This document shows positions 38,351 through 44,109 of a stretch of DNA of 44,109 nt, piece by piece (position 1 is the first letter of the stretch; the number at the start of each line of letters is the position of its first letter). A model generated the notes under the pieces. That model was not told where the DNA came from. It saw only the letters and a program-made list of their open reading frames with translations, and did not search any database. The stretch is taken from NCBI GenBank assembly GCA_024654065.1, contig JANLIQ010000076.1, positions 1-44,109 on the forward strand, in the 5' to 3' direction. The DNA comes from Candidatus Berkelbacteria bacterium (lineage in GTDB: Bacteria > Patescibacteriota > UBA1384 > 2-12-FULL-50-11). The translations under genes were made by a program, and so were the position numbers.

Positions 38351-38449
38351 TTAAACTCACCTCCTCATTTTCCGCCTCATCAACTCTGACGATTTGGTAA
38401 AGATAATATAGCAAAAAACTTTATATAAATCAAGGCTTTTTAGAGAATT

Positions 38450-39541
38450 TTACAACTGGCTCTCAACGATCTTTTTTATCTTTTCTTGAAAGATTTTTGT
38501 ATCAAACTTTTCGGCGTGGGCACGGATTTTGGCAGGATCGTATTTGGTGGCATTAAATTCTTTGAGCACCGTCACGAGTGATTCGACCGTCTGTGCGGTG
38601 AAGAATTCGCCCGTCACACCCGGCACCACCGATTCCAGTGCCCCACCTTCGCCGTAGGCGATCACCGGCCGGCCAGACGCCATCGCTTCGAGCGGCGTCA
38701 TCCCAGCATCTTCTTTCGGCGGAAATATCAAACCAATGGCCTGCGAATAAAGATCGGCCAATTTGTCGTCGCTCACCCGGCCGACAAACTCAATTGTTGG
38801 CCCCGCGATCGCCATTAGTTCAGTTATTTTGGTCCCGCCACCAACTACTTTGAGTTTTAGGCCGAGTTGGTTGGCCGCCTTAATCGCTAAGTCCGTTCGC
38901 TTATACGGTTCGTTTCGACCCAGCGTCAACCAGTAGTCGCCAATTTTGTCGGTAATTCTAAACCGGCTGGTAGCAACTGGCGGAAAGATCACTTCGTCCG
39001 GAGTCCGCCCGTAGTATTTCTTCGTGCGTGCGGCAATGTAATTAGAATTCGCAATTAAGTAGTCTGGTCGCTTACTGGCTTGAAGATCCCACCGAGTTAG
39101 GTATTTCAAAATTTGTCCTACCACCGGTCGACCAATTATCGGTAACGGGATTGGGGCGTCTGCCAGATACTTCTCTCTATCACTGGTTAAATATCTTGTA
39201 GGCGTATGGAGATAGCAGATATGTTTAGTGGGCGGTTTAGTTATCGCGCCCTTAGCGTAAGCCGAAGAATCCGACAATATGACATCATAAGCAGACAGGT
39301 CGAAAGATTCGATCGCACGTGGCATCAGCGCTAGATAGTACTTGAAAGCTTTCGGTATTCCGGGAAAATCTTGTAAAAAACTTGAAACAACTTTGCGCCC
39401 AGGCAGAAATTCGTCGACTAGTTTTTGGTCTTTGGCGATGACATAGATTGGTGCCTCTGGCCAAATCTCGCTAAAAGTTCTTAAAACTCGCTCTCCCCCA
39501 CCCCATTGGGTAAAAAAATCATGTACTAGCGCAATTCTCAT
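38450..39541 (-). CDS. Glycosyltransferase family 4
   Basis: MRIALVHD...GGGERVL, YLHTPTRY, and EDAGMTPLEAMASGRPVIA (E-x7-E-like). Confidence 0.93.
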   Translation of the reverse strand: MRIALVHDFFTQWGGGERVLRTFSEIWPEAPIYVIAKDQKLVDEFLPGRKVVSSFLQDFPGIPKAFKYYLALMPRAIESFDLSAYDVILSDSSAYAKGAITKPPTKHICYLHTPTRYLTSDREKYLADAPIPLPIIGRPVVGQILKYLTRWDLQASKRPDYLIANSNYIAARTKKYYGRTPDEVIFPPVATSRFRITDKIGDYWLTLGRNEPYKRTDLAIKAANQLGLKLKVVGGGTKITELMAIAGPTIEFVGRVSDDKLADLYSQAIGLIFPPKEDAGMTPLEAMASGRPVIAYGEGGALESVVPGVTGEFFTAQTVESLVTVLKEFNATKYDPAKIRAHAEKFDTKIFQEKIKKIVESQL

Positions 39542-40899
39542 TGTTCCGATCTAGCCAGCTGTCTTACCATATAAATGAAGGTCGCTAAAATAATGCGGAT
39601 ATCAAACCAGATCGACCAATTCTCGATGTAATAAAGATCGTATTTGACCCGGTCCGCAATCGGGGTATTGCCTCTGGCGCCGTTGATCTGTGCCCAACCG
39701 GTCATACCAGATTTTACATGATGTCGTTTGAGATATTCTGGTAATTCCTGAGCGAATTTAGCTACGTATTTGGGCTGTTCTGGACGCGGTCCGACAATAC
39801 TCATCTTGCCTATGAGTACGTCCCAAAGTTGAGCCAATTCGTCCAGATTTGTCTTACGCAAAATCCGACCGGCTGGAGTAACGCGCGGATCTTTCACTTC
39901 ATTACTCGACCAGCCCCGGAATTCTGGAAACCGATCGTCCCCATCAACATACATACTTCGAAACTTATGAAGGAAGAATTCTTTGCCGTCTTGCCCGATC
40001 CTCTTCTGACGGATAATTCCCGAGCCAGTAGAAACCTGACTAATAGCAAAGAGTATGAGTAACAGTGGCGAAAGAATGATTATGGAAGGTATGACTATAA
40101 CTAGATCCAATAGCCTTTTATAAACCCGTCCCCAGCCTTCTAGCGGTGTTCGGCGAAAGAATAATACCGGACTTCCAGCCAAAGTTCCCATCTCTACGTT
40201 AGTTGAGCGTACTGTGCTCAAGCTCGGCACCAGTACGAACTGTGTATTGGTTCTGTCTGCCCAACTAATAACCGACAACATTGACGCTTCGTCAAGAACA
40301 TTATCTTGTACAACTATCTCGTCAACTTGTCCAGGTTCTAGCTTTGTAAGTTCAGAAAGGTAGTCGCTTTTAATAATCTGGCTTAAGTGGCGACCATGTT
40401 TTTCTTCTATTCGGAAACTGCCTATCAAATTTTCGTGGTTACCCGAAACCAGTAAAACAGAACGAATAACCCCTATCCCTTGGCGACGCAGTATCCCAAT
40501 AGTAGCACTCAAAACCAACTTATCTACGATACACAACAAACTAGTCAGGCCTACACCGTAGACAATCAACAAACGAGGAAAGTTCTGGGCTTCAGGTGAT
40601 CTGCTTAGATATAGAAAGATCATAAAAGCCCCCCAACCCGACAGCAGACCTATAAGCAAGCGGCTAATAGCACTCCAGCCAGTCGGCAAAGAACGTTGGT
40701 TGTACAGACCTTGGCTAGCAAGAAAGACTAGCCAGGCTGGGGTAGCCCACCACAGAAGTCGTAGGTAATTAGAAAATGGGAGTAGATAAATATCTCCGCC
40801 ATCGGAGCGAAGTTTGTAGGCTAAAATCATCGCCAAGACGATTGCTACAGCATCTAAGATGACGGCTAGTATTGCTAAACTTACACTGAATTTTCTCAT
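39538..40899 (-). CDS. Polyprenyl-phosphate sugar phosphotransferase (WcaJ/WbaP family)
   Basis: N-terminal TMs, KRLLD, KFRSM, DPRVT, LDEL, MSIVGPRPE and GMTGWAQING. Confidence 0.93.
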   Translation of the reverse strand: MRKFSVSLAILAVILDAVAIVLAMILAYKLRSDGGDIYLLPFSNYLRLLWWATPAWLVFLASQGLYNQRSLPTGWSAISRLLIGLLSGWGAFMIFLYLSRSPEAQNFPRLLIVYGVGLTSLLCIVDKLVLSATIGILRRQGIGVIRSVLLVSGNHENLIGSFRIEEKHGRHLSQIIKSDYLSELTKLEPGQVDEIVVQDNVLDEASMLSVISWADRTNTQFVLVPSLSTVRSTNVEMGTLAGSPVLFFRRTPLEGWGRVYKRLLDLVIVIPSIIILSPLLLILFAISQVSTGSGIIRQKRIGQDGKEFFLHKFRSMYVDGDDRFPEFRGWSSNEVKDPRVTPAGRILRKTNLDELAQLWDVLIGKMSIVGPRPEQPKYVAKFAQELPEYLKRHHVKSGMTGWAQINGARGNTPIADRVKYDLYYIENWSIWFDIRIILATFIYMVRQLARSEQ

Positions 40900-40919
40900 T
40901 CAAAGATATTGTACACCAG

Positions 40920-40943
40920 AAAACCGCTCTTTCGAGCGGTTCT
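40920..40943 (-). terminator. Intrinsic terminator
   Basis: AAACCGCTC gaaa GAGCGGTTT TCT on the minus strand. Confidence 0.75.
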
Positions 40944-40974
40944 CCTTGCTTGTAACACGCGTGTTAAAGCAATA

Positions 40975-41178
40975 CTAACGAGCCTTACGCAACATTGGGA
41001 GACCTGTGCGAGCGTTCTCCATTACTTCGTAGCCGGCTGGAATTGCATCAAGGGCGCCCGGTCGGACGTCTTGAGCGAAGAAATAGATGGTCTGTTGGCG
41101 ACCGCCACGCAGGGTAACATCTCGGGAGTGTAGGTAGTAAGTCTTACCAGACTTTGCTGATACTTTGCTAAATGCCAT
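40975..41178 (-). CDS. Small basic conserved hypothetical protein (67 aa)
   Basis: SGKTYYLH..VTLRGGRQQTIYFFA...P.GY.V.EN.RTGLPML. SD AAGGAGGTGA and its own terminator. Confidence 0.8.
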   Translation of the reverse strand: MAFSKVSAKSGKTYYLHSRDVTLRGGRQQTIYFFAQDVRPGALDAIPAGYEVMENARTGLPMLRKAR

Positions 41179-41326
41179 GCTTCTCACCTCCTTCCCTAAA
41201 GTTTTTTATTTTTAACTTGTGATACAGCAAACCAGTACCGTACCTGATATACATTACTAAAGACCTGATACGAACCTGTCAAGAGGAAAGAGAGTTTTGC
41301 AGGTTCAATTACCTGATATTTTGTAT

Positions 41327-41379
41327 AAAAAACTCGAGGTGGCTATTCTGCTACGTTAGCTAAAACGGCCACCTCGGAG
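41327..41379 (-). terminator. Intrinsic terminator
   Basis: CGAGGTGGC...GCCACCTCG AGTTTTTT on the minus strand. Confidence 0.65.
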
Positions 41380-41380
41380 A

Positions 41381-41599
41381 TCATGTTACCTCGGGTGTCT
41401 GAATGCTGATGGGGGCTCTACCAACCCCCTTGCATGTTGATCCAGATTTGTCTAGGTGGTCTCGTAACATATAACGTGACTCCGGAACAAAAGAGTCAGC
41501 TAGTCCCTTTCTGTAACCTAACGGATCGAGATCTAGCCCGATCCCCTTCTGGTGACAGACAGGACAGACCCCTAATAAGACGGGGATTTCGATACTCAT
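41381..41599 (-). CDS. Small putative zinc-binding protein
   Basis: CPVC...H......C.G.G. AGGAGG SD and its own terminator. Confidence 0.6.
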   Translation of the reverse strand: MSIEIPVLLGVCPVCHQKGIGLDLDPLGYRKGLADSFVPESRYMLRDHLDKSGSTCKGVGRAPISIQTPEVT

Positions 41600-41696
41600 T
41601 TTCAGTTACAACCTCCTGGGTTATGGCTTGATTGTATTAGCTAAGTTGGGTAAGTCAAGGGAAATACTGGTAATTTTCAGGTAGAATTGCAGAGTC

Positions 41697-43688
41697 ATGA
41701 AATTTGAATTGGCAACCGATATGAAACCAGCCGGCGATCAGCCGAAGGCGATTGAGGCGCTGGTTAAAGGAATCAACAAAGGCCTGAAGCATCAGGTGCT
41801 TTTAGGTGTGACCGGATCTGGTAAAACCTTCACCGCTGCTAACGTCATCGCTCAAGTTCAAAAACCTACCCTTTTTATAGCTCACAACAAAACGCTGGCC
41901 GCCCAGCTCACTAGCGAGTTTCGTCACTTTTTTCCAAAAAACGCTGTTGAGTATTTTGTCTCTTATTACGATTACTACCAACCAGAGGCATATATGCCCA
42001 ATTCAGATACATATATTGAAAAAGAAGCTCAGATTAATGATGAAATAGATCGGTTACGTCATGCCGCAACACAGGCGCTTTTAAGTCGAAAAGATGTTAT
42101 TATCGTTGCTTCTGTTTCCTGTATCTACGGTCTAGGTTCGGCAGAAGAGTATCAGAAAGCAACATTAGTTTTAACTAAAGGGGATAAAGCTGATCGTGAA
42201 GCAATTATAGATAAGCTTGTTTTTCTACAGTACCAACGCAACGATGTTGAGTTAGCTCGTGGTGATTTCCGTGCTCGTGGCGAAATTATCGAAGTGATGC
42301 CATCTAACGCCACTACACTAGTTCGGATTAAACTTGACGGAGATACTATTGCAGATATTCAGGAAATCGATCACGTAACAGGGACGATTACGGCAACCCC
42401 AAGGTTTGTGGTTATTTACCCTTCTCGCCATTTCGTTACCCCTCCAGAAAAAATTGAAGGAGCCCTTTCTTCAATCGAGACCGAACTTAAAGATCGACTT
42501 AAAGTGCTGGAAAAAGAAAATAAAGGTATAGAAGCAGATCGTTTAGCTCGTCGCACTCTTTATGATATGGAGATGATTCGCGAGGTCGGTTACTGCAACG
42601 GAATAGAGAACTACTCCCGACATTTTGATGGTAGGGCTCCAGGCGAGACTCCAAACACTTTAATGGATTACTTTCCTAAAGATTTTTTAACAATTATTGA
42701 TGAGTCACACGTTACTGTTCCCCAAATCGGTGGAATGTTTAATGGAGATAGGGCTCGTAAAGAAGTCTTGGTAGATTACGGGTTCCGTCTTCCGTCTGCC
42801 AAGGACAACCGTCCATTGAGATTCCCTGAATTTGAACAAAAAGTTGGTCAAACCATTTACACTTCCGCCACACCAGGATCCTATGAACTTGAAAGAACAG
42901 AGCAAACCGTGGAACAGATTATTCGTCCAACTGGTTTGGTTGACCCTGAAATAATTATTCGACCGCTAGATAACCAAGTTGGTGACCTAATGGAGCGAGC
43001 AAAAGAACGTGTTAAACGTGAGGAGAGAGTGCTCGTAACGACCTTGACCAAGAAAATGGCTGAAGATTTAACAGATTATTTCACTGAACAAGGTATCCGG
43101 GTTCGTTATCTGCATTCTGGTATTGAGACTCTAGAACGTATCGAAATACTGCGTGAATTACGTAAGGGTACTTTCGATGTATTGGTTGGGGTTAACCTTC
43201 TGCGAGAAGGCCTGGATCTACCAGAGGTATCGCTTGTGGGAATATTGGATGCTGACAAAGAAGGATTTCTCCGTTCTGACAGATCACTAATCCAAACAAT
43301 TGGTCGTGCCGCCCGAAACGTTCAAGGCCAGGTAATTCTTTATGCGGATAATATTACTGGGAGTTTAAAACGAGCAATCGACGAAACTGATCGGCGCCGA
43401 GCTATTCAGGAAGAGCACAATAAGAAACATCACATTACCCCAACGACAATTTCTAAAGAAATAACCTCAATAGTTGAGCAGGAGCTCTCTGAATCTGTAG
43501 GTTTAGATAAAATTGAAACCCAGTTAGCTAAGTCTAATATTGAATCCCTTATTAAAGCCAAGGAGCGAAGTATGAAGTTAGCCGCCCAAGAATTGCAATT
43601 TGAACTGGCTGCGATACTGCGCGACGAGGTGATAAAGTTGAAGAAAATGCAGAAAGAGAAGGCAGGTTTTGTCGACATAAAAGACTAG
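41697..43688 (+). CDS. uvrB: Excinuclease ABC subunit B
   Basis: [39 protein letters not shown] and a C-terminal UVR domain. Confidence 0.99.
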   Translation: MKFELATDMKPAGDQPKAIEALVKGINKGLKHQVLLGVTGSGKTFTAANVIAQVQKPTLFIAHNKTLAAQLTSEFRHFFPKNAVEYFVSYYDYYQPEAYMPNSDTYIEKEAQINDEIDRLRHAATQALLSRKDVIIVASVSCIYGLGSAEEYQKATLVLTKGDKADREAIIDKLVFLQYQRNDVELARGDFRARGEIIEVMPSNATTLVRIKLDGDTIADIQEIDHVTGTITATPRFVVIYPSRHFVTPPEKIEGALSSIETELKDRLKVLEKENKGIEADRLARRTLYDMEMIREVGYCNGIENYSRHFDGRAPGETPNTLMDYFPKDFLTIIDESHVTVPQIGGMFNGDRARKEVLVDYGFRLPSAKDNRPLRFPEFEQKVGQTIYTSATPGSYELERTEQTVEQIIRPTGLVDPEIIIRPLDNQVGDLMERAKERVKREERVLVTTLTKKMAEDLTDYFTEQGIRVRYLHSGIETLERIEILRELRKGTFDVLVGVNLLREGLDLPEVSLVGILDADKEGFLRSDRSLIQTIGRAARNVQGQVILYADNITGSLKRAIDETDRRRAIQEEHNKKHHITPTTISKEITSIVEQELSESVGLDKIETQLAKSNIESLIKAKERSMKLAAQELQFELAAILRDEVIKLKKMQKEKAGFVDIKD

Positions 43689-43713
43689 GGACTCCCTTTT
43701 CATGGGGAGTCCC
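43687..43713. terminator. Hairpin terminator after uvrB
   Basis: AGGGACTCCC ttttcatg GGGAGTCCCT. Confidence 0.65.
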
Positions 43714-43960
43714 TTCTGAGGGTGTCGGCAAGGTGTTGCCGCAACCTCTGGTCGAGAGAAGGGCACAAAGACTCGTGCCCTTGAGTCACTAGATGAGCCC
43801 CGAGGCGCTTAAGCTCATCTCTTTCGGCGGTTTCGAGTCGAGAGTAGATCTCGATTGCCTTTTGACAGGTGATCGGTTCTGCTTCGAGCGTGACAAGATA
43901 CTGCCGAGCGGTTTGGCGACGGACAATCTGCACCTCGCGTCGGCTACCGGGCCTAAACAC
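43700..43960 (-). CDS. Hypothetical protein (86 aa)
   Basis: ORF with TATCAT 7 nt before the GTG start. Confidence 0.5.
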   Translation of the reverse strand: MFRPGSRREVQIVRRQTARQYLVTLEAEPITCQKAIEIYSRLETAERDELKRLGAHLVTQGHESLCPSLDQRLRQHLADTLRRDSP

Positions 43961-44011
43961 GCCTAGTATGATACCCTAATCGAATCAATTAATCAAGAGT
44001 TTAGAGCTCGA

Positions 44012-44109
44012 GGTAGATTCTAGAGTCATCGAAACACTTCGGCTAATATAAGCCGACTAGAAGGTGTGGAGATGCATGACAAGACTGACGTATTATGAAC
44101 GAGAGATTA
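44012..44109 (+). mobile_element. Probable left end of an IS30-family element with the start of its transposase (ATG 44076, MTRLTYYEREI...)
   Basis: GGTAGATTCTAGAGTCATCGAAACAC resembles the IS30 terminal IR (TGTAGATTC...GTCAACGCAACA). LT..ER..I matches the HTH_38 N-terminus. Truncated by the window. Confidence 0.55.

Overview
This 44 kb window comes from a reduced-genome bacterium, most likely Patescibacteria/CPR (inferred from protein styles, short overlapping intergenic regions and many leaderless promoters). It uses standard code 11, with TGA as a stop codon. Most core genes are on the minus strand: gyrB-gyrA(intein)-infB, obgE and rpoB-rpoC-rpsL-rpsG-fusA-tuf-rpsJ, plus a WcaJ-type sugar transferase and a GT4 glycosyltransferase. 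uvrB is on the plus strand. Many small orphan genes, each with its own promoter and terminator, sit between the core genes. Main accessory features: (1) an orphan PemK/MazF-like toxin with no protein antitoxin, faced by a convergent ~85-nt structured small RNA that has its own promoter, UUCG and GNRA hairpins, and a terminator overlapping the toxin 3' end, making it a candidate RNA-antitoxin system; (2) a 1499-aa fusion of an M48 metallopeptidase and an ABC1/UbiB-type kinase; (3) two paralogous two-gene surface-protein cassettes with a constant C-terminal domain and variable N-termini; (4) a CdaA-TM/CdaR fusion lacking the diadenylate cyclase domain; (5) an HNH-containing intein in GyrA; (6) several candidate ncRNAs or leaders; (7) the left end of a probable IS30-family element at the window edge. 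I recognised no tRNA, rRNA or CRISPR array.
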